A stretch of 64,000 nt of DNA from Alphaproteobacteria bacterium MarineAlpha5_Bin12 (GTDB taxonomy: Bacteria; Pseudomonadota; Alphaproteobacteria; HIMB59; GCA-002718135). Positions 20,924 through 31,442 of this stretch are shown piece after piece. Both the position numbers and the translations under genes were made by a program. Under the pieces are notes generated by a model that did no database searches, was not told the DNA's origin, and saw nothing but the letters and a program-made list of their open reading frames with translations. Where the stretch lies: positions 134,433-198,432 of the forward strand of contig PTKS01000003.1 in NCBI GenBank assembly GCA_002937855.1, written 5' to 3'. Numbering within the stretch: the stretch's first letter is position 1; each line of letters begins with the position of its first letter.

Positions 20924-22074
20924 ATAATCGATTCTGCAGCTATTCCTTTACCCTTACCAATAAACCCAATCTTTTCATTTGTTGTTGCTTTAATATTTAT
21001 TTGATTTTTATTGATTCCCAAATTTTTAGCAATGTTATTTTTCATTTTATTAGAGTAAAGAGAAATTTTAGGTTTTTCACATATAATATTCATATCAATA
21101 TTATTAATAATACCTTTTTTTTCATCAATTTTTTTCTTTGCATATTTTATAAAATAATCAGAATTTTTATTTTTCCATCTTTTATCATTATTTTTAAAAA
21201 TTTGACCTATATCTCCAATTCCTAATGCACCAAATATGCTATCACATAATGCATGATAACCAACATCTCCATCTGAATGACTTAAAACTGAATAATAATT
21301 AATTTTTACACCACAAAGTTTTAATTTTTTTCTCTTGTTAAAATTAAATGCATGGATGTCATAACCAATTCCATATTTAATTTTTTTTGAAATAATATCA
21401 TGATAAAATTTTATATCATCTTTATAAGTAATTTTTATATTTTCTTTTCTTCCTTTTAAAAACTTAATTCTATATTTTTTATTATTTAATAATTCTGTGT
21501 CATCTCTATAAGTTTTATTATGATTATCTTTATGAGCTTTATAAATTATATTATATTTAAAAATCTGTGGGGTTTGAGTTTGATATATTTCTTTTTTGTC
21601 TTCTAAGAATTTATTTCCTTTTTTAAATCTTATTAAGTCTACATTTTTGATTAGTGGGCAACAACAATCATATTTATCTATTATTGTAATCATTTTATTT
21701 ATTTCACTATTTTTGATACACGGTCTACATCCATCATGAATTAAGACATTTTTTGGTTTTACTTTTTTTAAATATTTTAAGCCTTGAAATGAAGATTCTT
21801 GTCTAGTTTTACCACCTTTGACAATCTTAATTCTTTTATCTTTATATTTACTTAAAGTTTTTTTTAAAATTTGTATATTTTTAAAATTATATACAATTAT
21901 AATATGTCTTATATTTTTATTATTCAAAATTTCATTAAGTATCAATTCAATAGAATTTAAATTTTTAATTTTAGCATATTGTTTAGGAGTATTACTTTTA
22001 AATCTCTTACCAGATCCTCCTGCTAGAATTATAAATGCATTTTTTTTCATATAATATATATCTTTATAGTTCAT
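20905..22074 (-). CDS. ispDF: Bifunctional IspD/IspF (MEP cytidylyltransferase / MEcPP synthase)
   Basis: 389 aa. IspD ILAGGSGKRF. IspF GIGYDIHAF and SDGDVGYHAL. The start is uncertain: the Met at 22050 (MKKNAFIILAGG) is an alternative. Confidence 0.9.
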   Translation of the reverse strand: MNYKDIYYMKKNAFIILAGGSGKRFKSNTPKQYAKIKNLNSIELILNEILNNKNIRHIIIVYNFKNIQILKKTLSKYKDKRIKIVKGGKTRQESSFQGLKYLKKVKPKNVLIHDGCRPCIKNSEINKMITIIDKYDCCCPLIKNVDLIRFKKGNKFLEDKKEIYQTQTPQIFKYNIIYKAHKDNHNKTYRDDTELLNNKKYRIKFLKGRKENIKITYKDDIKFYHDIISKKIKYGIGYDIHAFNFNKRKKLKLCGVKINYYSVLSHSDGDVGYHALCDSIFGALGIGDIGQIFKNNDKRWKNKNSDYFIKYAKKKIDEKKGIINNIDMNIICEKPKISLYSNKMKNNIAKNLGINKNQINIKATTNEKIGFIGKGKGIAAESIICISFL

Positions 22075-22131
22075 TTAAATGCAAATTACTACTATATGGA
22101 TAAATATAAATAATATATTAATTTTATTATA

Positions 22132-24267
22132 ATGAATAAATTATTTGATATAAAAAAATACTTCAAAATTAAAAATATATCATTATATTTTTTTGTTATT
22201 TTAATTTTGACATCTTTTACTTTAACTTATATTCTACTTATACCTGGCTCAAATTTAGTAAAAGATAATTCAAATATTATTAAATTATTAATTTTAGATA
22301 TTGTTTTAGTTATTACATTAATTTCTCTCGTTATAAGACAAATTGTATTAATTTTTATCAGGAGAAAAAAAAATTTAAATGTTTCAAAATTATATATTAA
22401 ATTTATTAATTTATTTATAATTCTCACATTGGTTCCCACTATCGGAGTAGTAATAGTCTCAGGATTGTTTTATAATCTTGAAATTAAAACATGGTTTGGA
22501 CCTGCAGTAAAAACAACTATTTTAAATTCAAATGTAGTAGCTAATGATTATTTAAAGTTAAAAACTGAAAATTTAGAAGTTAATATTGAAGCGATAAGTA
22601 GAGATATATTTAATCTTGTAAATGTCACAAAACTTCAAGAAAATAGAATAAATATGATTAATTTAAATCATGAAAAGAAAAAATTAACTGACATTTTTAT
22701 TTTTAATTCAGCAAATGATGTTCTTTCTTTTAGTAGTATAAAAAAATCATCTCAAAATTTTTTTCCAGCATCTAAGGAAATACTTAAAATATTGGATTCT
22801 GGAAAAATATATATTACTCAAAAAGATAAAAATATTCTTTCAGCATATTATAAATTAAACTTTTTTGAAGATTCATATTTATTAATAAATGATGATATTA
22901 ATAAAATAATCTATAATCATTTATTTGAAACTGCAAAAGCTATTACTGCTTATAACAATCTTGAAAAAAACACATCAAATTTTCAAATTTCATTTTCAAT
23001 GATATATGTTTTATTTTCAGTATGTTTATTGCTTATCGCAATTTTAATTGGTTTTATGATGGCTAATAAATTATCTACTCCTATTACTAATCTTATTAAA
23101 TCTTCTGAAAAAGTTTCAAAAGGAGATTTTGATGCAAAAATTACTGAAATAAATGATTCAGATGAAATTTCACTATTATTAAAATCATTTAATAAGATGA
23201 TTTCTGAAATTGAAATTTCTCAAAAACAACTTATTGATAAAAATATTGAGATTGAAAATAGGCGATTATTTACTGAAGCTGTTCTTAGAACTCTTTCAAC
23301 TGGTGTAATTGCTTTAGACATTAATTTTTCAATCAAATTAATTAATAATTCTGTATCTAAAATTATAAATAAAAGTGAAGACGATCTTATTGGAAATAAT
23401 TTTTTTGATATTTTTCAAAATTCTATTAATATAAAGAAGAACATTGATAAAAAAATATATAAGAATTTAAGTGAACAAATTGAATTTAATCTCAAAAATA
23501 ATACAAGAAATTTATTTATTAAATTTTCACTTGAAAAAAATGATAATGAAATTGTTGGTTATGTAGTAACAATTGATGACTTAACTTCTTTAATTTTAGC
23601 TGAAAAACATGCCGCATGGTCTGATATAGCTAGGAAAATTGCACATGAAATTAAAAATCCTTTAACTCCAATAAAATTATCTGCAGAGAGAATTGAAAAA
23701 AAAATTAAAGATAATGATATTAATAAAGAAAACTTTATATCTCTAGCTGGAACCATATCAAAACAAGTTGACGATATTGGAAAACTTATTGATGAATTCT
23801 CTTCTTTTGCAAGATTACCACAAGCAGAAATTAAAAAAGATGATTTTTCTGAAGCTGTTAATGAATGTTTTAAGTTATATTCAAGTTCGTATTCTAAAAT
23901 TAATTTTAGCATCGATAATAAATATAATGAAATTTTATGTTTTTTTGATAAATTTCAAATTTCTCTAGTTTTAAATAATATCACTAAAAATGCTATAGAA
24001 GCTGTAGAAAATTTAAAGAATCCATCAATTAGTTTTCTTGTAATAAAAAATGATAATATAGTTAATCTTGATATTATAGATAATGGTATTGGAATAGATA
24101 AAAAATTAATAAATAAAATATTTGAACCATATTATACCACAAAAGATAAAGGTACAGGTTTAGGATTATCTATTTGCAAAAAAATTATTGAAGAACATGG
24201 TGGTGAAATTAGTATTAAAAAAAATAAAAGTACTGGTTCAACTGTTAGTATTAAACTTTTAATTTAA
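22132..24267 (+). CDS. ntrY: Sensor histidine kinase NtrY
   Basis: 711 aa. N-terminal TM bundle, HAMP, PAS, H-box IAHEIKNPLTPI and G-box GTGLGLSI. Followed by ntrX with a 1-nt gap. Confidence 0.8.
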   Translation: MNKLFDIKKYFKIKNISLYFFVILILTSFTLTYILLIPGSNLVKDNSNIIKLLILDIVLVITLISLVIRQIVLIFIRRKKNLNVSKLYIKFINLFIILTLVPTIGVVIVSGLFYNLEIKTWFGPAVKTTILNSNVVANDYLKLKTENLEVNIEAISRDIFNLVNVTKLQENRINMINLNHEKKKLTDIFIFNSANDVLSFSSIKKSSQNFFPASKEILKILDSGKIYITQKDKNILSAYYKLNFFEDSYLLINDDINKIIYNHLFETAKAITAYNNLEKNTSNFQISFSMIYVLFSVCLLLIAILIGFMMANKLSTPITNLIKSSEKVSKGDFDAKITEINDSDEISLLLKSFNKMISEIEISQKQLIDKNIEIENRRLFTEAVLRTLSTGVIALDINFSIKLINNSVSKIINKSEDDLIGNNFFDIFQNSINIKKNIDKKIYKNLSEQIEFNLKNNTRNLFIKFSLEKNDNEIVGYVVTIDDLTSLILAEKHAAWSDIARKIAHEIKNPLTPIKLSAERIEKKIKDNDINKENFISLAGTISKQVDDIGKLIDEFSSFARLPQAEIKKDDFSEAVNECFKLYSSSYSKINFSIDNKYNEILCFFDKFQISLVLNNITKNAIEAVENLKNPSISFLVIKNDNIVNLDIIDNGIGIDKKLINKIFEPYYTTKDKGTGLGLSICKKIIEEHGGEISIKKNKSTGSTVSIKLLI

Positions 24268-25623
24268 ATGAAAAAAAGAATTTTAATTGTTGATGATGAA
24301 AAAGATATATGTTTTTTAATATCTGAAATTCTAAAAGATGAGAATTATTATACATTTAACTGCCATACTTATGACGATGCAATTAAATATTTTAATACTG
24401 ATGATTATGATTTAGTAATATTAGATGTTTGGTTAGATAAAAATAAAACTGAAGGTTTGGAATTATTAAAATATTTTAAAAAACAAAATAAATTCATTCC
24501 TATCATTATGATAAGTGGTCACAGTACAATAGATGTTGCAGTTCAAGCTATTAAAGAAGGAGCTTATGACTTTATTGAAAAACCTTTTGAATCAAATAAA
24601 TTATTGATTTTAACAAAAAGAGCTATTGAAAATTCAAATTTATTAAAGGAAAATTTAGAATTAAAAGAATTAAATGTAAAAAATTATGAATTAATAGGAA
24701 ACTCTAATTTTATCACTACACTCAAAAAAACTTTAAATAAAATATCCTCATCAAGTCGAGTTTTAATTTCTGGTCCATTAGGATCAGGAAAAGAAACTAT
24801 TGCACACAATATACATGAAAATTCATCAAGAAAAAATAAACCTTTTATAGTTTTTAATTGTAATTTAATAAATCCTGATTTGATTGAAGAAATTCTATTT
24901 GGATCAATAATATCAAAAAAAATTGGAATTATTGAAAAAGCTAATGGTGGAACAATTCTTCTTAATGAAATTGGTGATTTATCTATAAATATTCAAAATT
25001 TAATTTTAAAATATTTACAAAATAATACTTTTAAAAAAATTAATTCAGATAATATAATTCATTCTGATACAAGAATTATATCAACATCAAGTAAGGATTT
25101 AGAATTTAAATGTAATAATGGTTCTTTTATCAGTGATTTGTATCAAAGAATTAAAGTTATTGAGATTAAAATTCCACCTCTAAACAAAAGACCAGAAGAT
25201 ATAAAACCTTTATGTGAATATTTTATAAAAATATCGCAATTCTTTAATAATCAAAAAATTCAAATCACAGAAGACTCATTTGCTATATTAGAATCTTATT
25301 CTTGGCCAGGAAATACCAGACAATTAAGAAATTTAATTGATAGATTATTAATTATGCATGGTGAAAAATCTAATGAAATTGTAATTGATTCAACAAAATT
25401 ACCTGATGATATGGGTGAAATTAATATAGAAAATTCTCAAGTAAAATATGATGTTTTGGGATTGCCTATAAAAGATGCTAGAGAAATTTTTGAAAAAAAT
25501 TATTTGTTATCGCAAATTAAACGTTTTAATGGTAATATAAGTAAAGTTGCATCATTTGTTGGTATGGAAAGAACAGCACTATACAGAAAACTAAAATCAT
25601 TGGATATTAATATTGAAACTTAA
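24268..25623 (+). CDS. ntrX: Response regulator NtrX (REC + AAA+ + HTH, no GAFTGA loop)
   Basis: 451 aa. REC domain (ILIVDDE, VILDVWL). Walker A SGPLGSGKE. The LFG...GGTILLNEI region lacks GAFTGA, as is typical for NtrX. C-terminal Fis-type HTH. Confidence 0.8.
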   Translation: MKKRILIVDDEKDICFLISEILKDENYYTFNCHTYDDAIKYFNTDDYDLVILDVWLDKNKTEGLELLKYFKKQNKFIPIIMISGHSTIDVAVQAIKEGAYDFIEKPFESNKLLILTKRAIENSNLLKENLELKELNVKNYELIGNSNFITTLKKTLNKISSSSRVLISGPLGSGKETIAHNIHENSSRKNKPFIVFNCNLINPDLIEEILFGSIISKKIGIIEKANGGTILLNEIGDLSINIQNLILKYLQNNTFKKINSDNIIHSDTRIISTSSKDLEFKCNNGSFISDLYQRIKVIEIKIPPLNKRPEDIKPLCEYFIKISQFFNNQKIQITEDSFAILESYSWPGNTRQLRNLIDRLLIMHGEKSNEIVIDSTKLPDDMGEINIENSQVKYDVLGLPIKDAREIFEKNYLLSQIKRFNGNISKVASFVGMERTALYRKLKSLDINIET

Positions 25624-25634
25624 AGTTATATAAA

Positions 25635-26990
25635 ATGAAATCTATTGTTTGTGGTGCTGGAGTCGTTGGTTCAAGTATAGCAGAAAAATTATCCTCTGAA
25701 GGATTGGAAGTCACTGTCATAGACCAATCAAGTGAATTAATTGCAAAAATTAATGAAAAATTAGATGTTAAAGCTATTGTTGGACATGGAAGTAATCCTA
25801 CTATTTTAGAAAAAGCTGGCGCATCTGAATGTGATATTCTTATTGCAGTGACTCAAGTAGATGAAGTAAATATGGTTGCATGTCAAATTGGACATTCAAT
25901 ATTTAAGATACCAAAAAAAATTGCAAGAATAAGACAACAAGATTACCTTAAAGAAAATTGGAAAAACAATTCACTACCAATAGATACAATTATTTCTCCT
26001 GAATTTGAAGTTGCTAATGCTATTTCTAGAAGATTACATGCTCCAGGAGCTTTTGATATGGTTGAACTTTCAGATGATAGAATTAGATTAATTGGATTAA
26101 AGTGTGTTGATAATGCTCCTATTTTAAATAAACAAATTAAAACAATAGCTTCAGAATATCCAAAATTGTTATCTAATATCCTTGTTATCATAAGAAATGA
26201 TGAATATTTTATTCCAAATTCAAAAACTACTTTATTAGAAGGTGACCAAGTTTATTTTGTAGTCGAATCTTCTCACGTTACTAATACTATGAAAGCTTTT
26301 GGACATTATGAAAAAGAATCTACAAATATAATTATAGTGGGCGGAGGAAACATAGGCTTTAATTTAGCAAAAAATATTGAAAATGAGCATAATTCAGTTC
26401 GTGTAAAATTAATTGAATTGGATCAGAATAGATCCAAATGGTTAGCTTCAAACTTAGAAAATACAACTGTTATAAATGGTGATGCATTAGAAAATGAAAT
26501 ATTAGAAGAAGTAAATGTTTCTTCAACAGGAAGTTTTATAAGTGTAACTGATGATGATGAAGTTAATGTCTTATCTTCTTTATTAGCTAAGAGGTCTGGA
26601 GCAAATGAATGCATTACATTAATCAATAATAGTTCTTATATTTCGCTATTAAAAAATATAGGGATTGATATAACTATTGATCCCAAGGCTATAACAATTT
26701 CTACTATATTACAAAAGGTTCGAAAAGGTAAGATAAGAAGTTTATATACTATTGGAGAAGGTCTGGGAGAAGTTATTGAGGCTGTTATCTTAGAATCTTC
26801 AGCTTTTGCCAATAAAACTATTAAAGAAATAGATCTCCCAAAAAATGTTAGAGTAGGGTCAATTTTAAGAAATAAGGAAATCATTATTCCTAATAGTAAA
26901 ACTATATTTAAAAAAGATGATGATATAGTTTTTTATGCTGAAAAATCATCAGTTAAAAGATTAGAAGAACTTTTAGATATGAAAAAATAA
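25635..26990 (+). CDS. trkA: Potassium uptake protein TrkA
   Basis: 451 aa. Two RCK-N Rossmann motifs (GAGVVGSSIA and VGGGNIGFNLA). Confidence 0.9.
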   Translation: MKSIVCGAGVVGSSIAEKLSSEGLEVTVIDQSSELIAKINEKLDVKAIVGHGSNPTILEKAGASECDILIAVTQVDEVNMVACQIGHSIFKIPKKIARIRQQDYLKENWKNNSLPIDTIISPEFEVANAISRRLHAPGAFDMVELSDDRIRLIGLKCVDNAPILNKQIKTIASEYPKLLSNILVIIRNDEYFIPNSKTTLLEGDQVYFVVESSHVTNTMKAFGHYEKESTNIIIVGGGNIGFNLAKNIENEHNSVRVKLIELDQNRSKWLASNLENTTVINGDALENEILEEVNVSSTGSFISVTDDDEVNVLSSLLAKRSGANECITLINNSSYISLLKNIGIDITIDPKAITISTILQKVRKGKIRSLYTIGEGLGEVIEAVILESSAFANKTIKEIDLPKNVRVGSILRNKEIIIPNSKTIFKKDDDIVFYAEKSSVKRLEELLDMKK

Positions 26991-27830
26991 ATGAAAAAAA
27001 TCGTTTTTTTCAATAACAAGTATATAAATTCAAAAAATGCTTTTATATCTTATGAAGATAGAGGATTTCAATTTGCCGACAGTATTTATGAGGTAATTGC
27101 TTTTATAAATAATAACTTTATTGATCTTGATTTTCATTTGAGAAGATTAAGAAGATCTCTAAAATTAATTGATATTAAATATAGTTTTAATAAAAAAAAT
27201 TTACAAAAAATATTTAAAAAACTAATTAAAATTAATAAAAATAAAAAAGGATTGATTTATTTACAAATATCAAGAGGAGTTCAACCAAGGAATCATTCAT
27301 ATAATAAAAATCTAAAACCTACTATAATAATTTATACAATTAAGAAAAATTTAAATGAAAATTTAGATAAATTATCAGGAAAAAAGGCTATAACATATCC
27401 GGATTTAAGATGGAAAAGAAGAGATATAAAATCAGTATCTCTTTTGCCAAATGTTTTGGCTGCAAAAGCTGCTTCTAAAAAATCTGCTTATGAGGCAATA
27501 TTAATTGATAATGATTTTGTAACAGAAGGTACTGCGTCTAATATATGGATTGTTAAAAAAAATAAATTAATTACTCATCCGGCTAATACAGATATTTTAA
27601 AAGGTATTACAAGACAAAGTATAGTGAAAATAATTAAAAAAGAAAAATTAGTTTTGTCTGAAAAAAAAATTAAAAAAAGTGAATTATTTATTGCAGATGA
27701 AGTTTTTTTAACAAGTTCTTCAAGCTTTGTAACACCTATTGTCAAAATTGATAATAAATTAATAAATAAAGGAAGAATTGGAAAAATTACTTATAATTTA
27801 GCAAAAATTTATAATTCTAAATTTCAATAA
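26991..27830 (+). CDS. Class IV aminotransferase (D-amino-acid / branched-chain family)
   Basis: 279 aa. RGFQFADSIYEV, plus ILKGITR typical of fold-type IV PLP enzymes. Confidence 0.8.
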   Translation: MKKIVFFNNKYINSKNAFISYEDRGFQFADSIYEVIAFINNNFIDLDFHLRRLRRSLKLIDIKYSFNKKNLQKIFKKLIKINKNKKGLIYLQISRGVQPRNHSYNKNLKPTIIIYTIKKNLNENLDKLSGKKAITYPDLRWKRRDIKSVSLLPNVLAAKAASKKSAYEAILIDNDFVTEGTASNIWIVKKNKLITHPANTDILKGITRQSIVKIIKKEKLVLSEKKIKKSELFIADEVFLTSSSSFVTPIVKIDNKLINKGRIGKITYNLAKIYNSKFQ

Positions 27831-27846
27831 ATTAAATGAGGTTTAT

Positions 27847-28716
27847 ATGAAAAATATTAAAATTGGCTTTATTGGTCTTGGTGTAATGGGATATCCAATG
27901 GCTGGACATTTATCTAAAAATAATTATGAATTAATTATATACAACAGAACTCAATCAAAAATGGATGATTGGTTAGAAATTTATAAAGGTAATAAATGCA
28001 AATCGATTAAAGAATTGGCTAAAAATTCTGATGTAGTAATATCTTGTGTTGGCCGAGATGATGATTTGATTGAAATTTATGATGGAAATGATGGTATAAT
28101 TCAACTTTTAAAACCCGGTTCAATTATAATTGATCACACTACAGCATCAGCAAAAATAGCTAAATATTTTTATGAAAAATGTAAAAAAATTAATTTAGGT
28201 TTTATTGATGCTCCAGTTTCAGGAGGACAAGCAGGCGCTGAAAATGGGACATTATCAGTGATGGCTGGTGGTGACAGAAATGATTTTGAAAGAGTTTTAA
28301 AAATTATGAGTTCATATGGAAAAAAAATAAATTTAATTGGTGATTCAGGTTCAGGTCAAATCTGCAAAATGGTAAATCAAATATGCATTGCTGGACTTGT
28401 GCAAGGATTATCTGAAGCTTTATCATTTGGAAAAAAATCAAATTTAGATATGAGTAAAGTATTGGAAGTAATTTCAAAAGGAGCGGCCCAATCATGGCAG
28501 ATGGATAATAGAGCAAAAACTATGTTGAATGATGAATTCGATTTTGGCTTTGCAGTCAATTGGATGTGTAAAGATTTAGACATATGCTTTGATCATGCAC
28601 AATCAATTAATGCTAAATTACCTATAACTGAAATTGTGAAAAAAAATTATGAAATAATAAGAGATTCTCATAATAGCAGATGGGATACTTCAAGTTTAAT
28701 TAAATTATTAAGTTAA
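27847..28716 (+). CDS. NAD(P)-dependent oxidoreductase, 3-hydroxyisobutyrate dehydrogenase family
   Basis: 289 aa. N-terminal IGFIGLGVMGYPMA Rossmann motif, DAPVSGG, and a GSGQICKMVNQ pattern. Confidence 0.8.
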   Translation: MKNIKIGFIGLGVMGYPMAGHLSKNNYELIIYNRTQSKMDDWLEIYKGNKCKSIKELAKNSDVVISCVGRDDDLIEIYDGNDGIIQLLKPGSIIIDHTTASAKIAKYFYEKCKKINLGFIDAPVSGGQAGAENGTLSVMAGGDRNDFERVLKIMSSYGKKINLIGDSGSGQICKMVNQICIAGLVQGLSEALSFGKKSNLDMSKVLEVISKGAAQSWQMDNRAKTMLNDEFDFGFAVNWMCKDLDICFDHAQSINAKLPITEIVKKNYEIIRDSHNSRWDTSSLIKLLS

Positions 28717-28734
28717 TATATATTCATAATTATA

Positions 28735-29634
28735 ATGAATAAATATTATATTTATATTCTTCTTTTTATTGCTACATTATTATGGGGAGGCAATGTAATA
28801 GCGGCAAAAATAGCAAATAATATTATGCTAGAGCCCATAAAATTAAGTTTTTTTAGAAATCTTGTTGCTATAATTATTTTGTTTCCATTTGTTGTTAAAA
28901 ATATAAATAAAATTTATATTTTATTCATCAAACATTGGAAATTAATATCAATCCTTTCTATTTTAAGTGTTTCAATCTTTAATACTTTTATGAATATTGC
29001 ACTGAAAACATCTTCAGTTATTAGCTCATCATTAATGCCTTCTTTTGCGCCATCAATAATTATCTTACTATCAATTATTTTCTATAAATCTAAAATTAAT
29101 TTACTACAATCTATTGGAGTTATAATTTCATTTATTGGATTTTTAAGTATCATTTTTAGAGGAAATATAAATAACTTAGAAAGCTTAAATTTTGTAACTG
29201 GTGATTTATGGATGTTAGGTTGTGTTTTATGTTGGTCAATTTATTCTGCCACAATTAGAATAATTCCAAAAGAAATAGACAATATAAGTTTTTTATTCTT
29301 GATATTTTTTGTTGGTAACATTTTTGTATTTCCATTTTATTGTTATGAATCAATTATTAATGACTCTTTTAATATTGATGAAAATTATGCAATACCATTA
29401 ATTTTGTACGTTGGAATTGGTCCTGCTTTAATTTCTTATATAATTTGGATTAAATGTATTAAAGTTATTGGCGCTAGTAAAGCAGGTTTATTTTTAAATT
29501 TAATACCAGTTTTTAGCAGTACTATATCCATAATTTTTTTGAACGAAATATTAAAAAATTATCATATTATTGGTGCAATTTTAATCTTTTTAGGCATATA
29601 CTTGGTTAACAGGGAAAAAAATGAGCAAAATTAA
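28735..29634 (+). CDS. DMT-superfamily (EamA) transporter
   Basis: 299 aa with about 10 predicted TM helices and a duplicated EamA architecture. Confidence 0.8.
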   Translation: MNKYYIYILLFIATLLWGGNVIAAKIANNIMLEPIKLSFFRNLVAIIILFPFVVKNINKIYILFIKHWKLISILSILSVSIFNTFMNIALKTSSVISSSLMPSFAPSIIILLSIIFYKSKINLLQSIGVIISFIGFLSIIFRGNINNLESLNFVTGDLWMLGCVLCWSIYSATIRIIPKEIDNISFLFLIFFVGNIFVFPFYCYESIINDSFNIDENYAIPLILYVGIGPALISYIIWIKCIKVIGASKAGLFLNLIPVFSSTISIIFLNEILKNYHIIGAILIFLGIYLVNREKNEQN

Positions 29635-30019
29635 TAAACCAAATTCAGAATGGAAAAAAATACTAGATGAATTGACATATAAAGTAACAAGAGAAGCTTA
29701 TACTGAAACGCCTTTCTCAGGTAAATATTTAAATGAAAAATCGAAAGGTTTGTATAATTGCGTTTGTTGTGGTAACACATTATTTTCTAGCAATACTAAA
29801 TTTGATTCTGGTTCAGGATGGCCAAGTTTTTATGAACCAATTAATAATGAAAAAATCTTAAATAAAGATGATTTTTCCCATGGAATGAAACGAACTGAAG
29901 TAACTTGTTCTCAATGTGAATCTCACCTGGGACATGTTTTTGAAGATGGTCCAAAACCTTCTGGTCTCCGTTATTGTTTAAATTCAGTTTCTTTAATTTT
30001 TAAAAAAGATAGTGAATAA
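29621..30019 (+). CDS. msrB: Peptide-methionine (R)-S-oxide reductase
   Basis: 132 aa. Zn CxxC pairs (CVCCGN, CSQCES) and the active-site RYCLNS. Confidence 0.93.
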   Translation: MSKINKPNSEWKKILDELTYKVTREAYTETPFSGKYLNEKSKGLYNCVCCGNTLFSSNTKFDSGSGWPSFYEPINNEKILNKDDFSHGMKRTEVTCSQCESHLGHVFEDGPKPSGLRYCLNSVSLIFKKDSE

Positions 30020-31193
30020 AAATATTGTAACACTAACTTTTACCTCCATAGGACATGCGTTAATGCATATGTTTGCTGCTTTTTATTTTATAATTGTATT
30101 AGCAATAGAAGATGAATGGAAAATTTCATACGACGAACTAATTAGATTGTGGACGGTCGGTGCATTGTTAGTAGGTTTAGGAGCAATACCAGCTGGCTGG
30201 TTAAGTGATAAGTGGAGCAGATCTGGAATGATGTTAATTATGTTTATTGGATTAGGTTTTTCATCAATAATATGTGGATTTAGCGAAAATAAGACAATTT
30301 TATTTATAGGTTTAACCTTCTTAGGTTTATCTTGTTCTATTTATCATCCTGTAGCAATTTCATGGGTAGTAAATTTATCTAATAAAACTGGCAGAGCCCT
30401 AGGAATTAATGGAATATTTGGAGGTATAGGAATAGGTTTTGGGACTTTATTTGCTGGATATTTAATAGATAAATTTAATTGGCAAACCGCATTCATCTTA
30501 CCAGGATTAATTTCAATAGTGATAGGATTACTTTTATTTATAGCAATTTTATTTGGGTTTATATCAATTCAAAATTCCTCAATAAAAAAACCAATTGAAA
30601 ATTTTACACGTGAAAACTTAATTTTAATTGCAATGATTCTGCTATTTGCAATGTTTGCATTAGGATTTGTCTTTCAAATCCTTCAAACTTCTGCGCCAAA
30701 AATGATTGATTTACGTTTAAAAGATAGTTTTAATATTTCTAAAATGCAGGTAGGATTTTCTGTAGCTTTTATTTATGGATTTACAGGTTTAACTACACTA
30801 CTTGGTGGAATTATGGCTGACTATTTTTCTTTAAAAAAGATTTATTTGTTAGGTATTATTGCTCAAATTCCATGTTATTATTTTATAGCTTCTTATAGTG
30901 GTATATCATTAATTGTGGTTTGTTTCTTAGCAGTTATGTTTAATTCTGGAATTTTATCTGCTGAAAACATGTTACTTGCAAAACTTACGCCTCAAAAATA
31001 TCATGGTATGATCTATGGTTTAAAATTTATCTTAGCTTTTGGAGCTGGTCCATTAGCAGTTTATTATGTTTCGAAAGTTTATGAATACACAAATGAATTC
31101 ATTATTTTATTTCTTTCTTGTTCAATCATTCTCTTAATAACAGCAACATTGACTTTTTTTCTTCCTATTAATGAAAATAAAATTAATCGTTAA
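30012..31193 (+). CDS. MFS transporter
   Basis: 393 aa with about 12 TM helices and an MFS loop motif (GWLSDKWSRSG). GTG start overlapping msrB. Confidence 0.75.
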   Translation: MNKNIVTLTFTSIGHALMHMFAAFYFIIVLAIEDEWKISYDELIRLWTVGALLVGLGAIPAGWLSDKWSRSGMMLIMFIGLGFSSIICGFSENKTILFIGLTFLGLSCSIYHPVAISWVVNLSNKTGRALGINGIFGGIGIGFGTLFAGYLIDKFNWQTAFILPGLISIVIGLLLFIAILFGFISIQNSSIKKPIENFTRENLILIAMILLFAMFALGFVFQILQTSAPKMIDLRLKDSFNISKMQVGFSVAFIYGFTGLTTLLGGIMADYFSLKKIYLLGIIAQIPCYYFIASYSGISLIVVCFLAVMFNSGILSAENMLLAKLTPQKYHGMIYGLKFILAFGAGPLAVYYVSKVYEYTNEFIILFLSCSIILLITATLTFFLPINENKINR

Positions 31194-31214
31194 TAATATA
31201 AATGAAAATTTCTT

Positions 31215-31442
31215 TTAACTAGGATTATTTTTAAGATATTCAATATACTTAATAACTTCATTAATTTTATCATCAGATATTTCTTTGTAAGTAGATTCAA
31301 ATTTATTCTTTATTTCCAAAGCAATATGAGCATATGGATTTCTTCCTTTTGGATGATTGGGACTTTCTGGAAGTTTATCTTTTAAATAATCTCCAGCCTC
31401 CAAAATTAATGACCAGATTTTTTTAGCATTTTCTGGAGTCAT
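31215..31442 (-). CDS. Hypothetical small hydrophilic protein
   Basis: 75 aa. The start codon abuts the stop of the upstream DMT gene (31443). No family recognised. Confidence 0.45.
   Translation of the reverse strand: MTPENAKKIWSLILEAGDYLKDKLPESPNHPKGRNPYAHIALEIKNKFESTYKEISDDKINEVIKYIEYLKNNPS

Noticed and set aside
23559-23912. 117-aa minus-strand and 66-aa plus-strand (23768-23968, off-frame) ORFs inside ntrY, plus similar shadow ORFs in pyrG, kdsA, trkA, the 3-HIBDH-like gene, xdhA/B/C, puuE, uraD, alc, ABC ATPase, SBP, serC, htpG, M20, mazG, PhyH, hydrolase and psuG
   Set aside because: These are shadow ORFs, antisense or off-frame, nested wholly within well-supported genes. None has an SD, a motif or a plausible domain.
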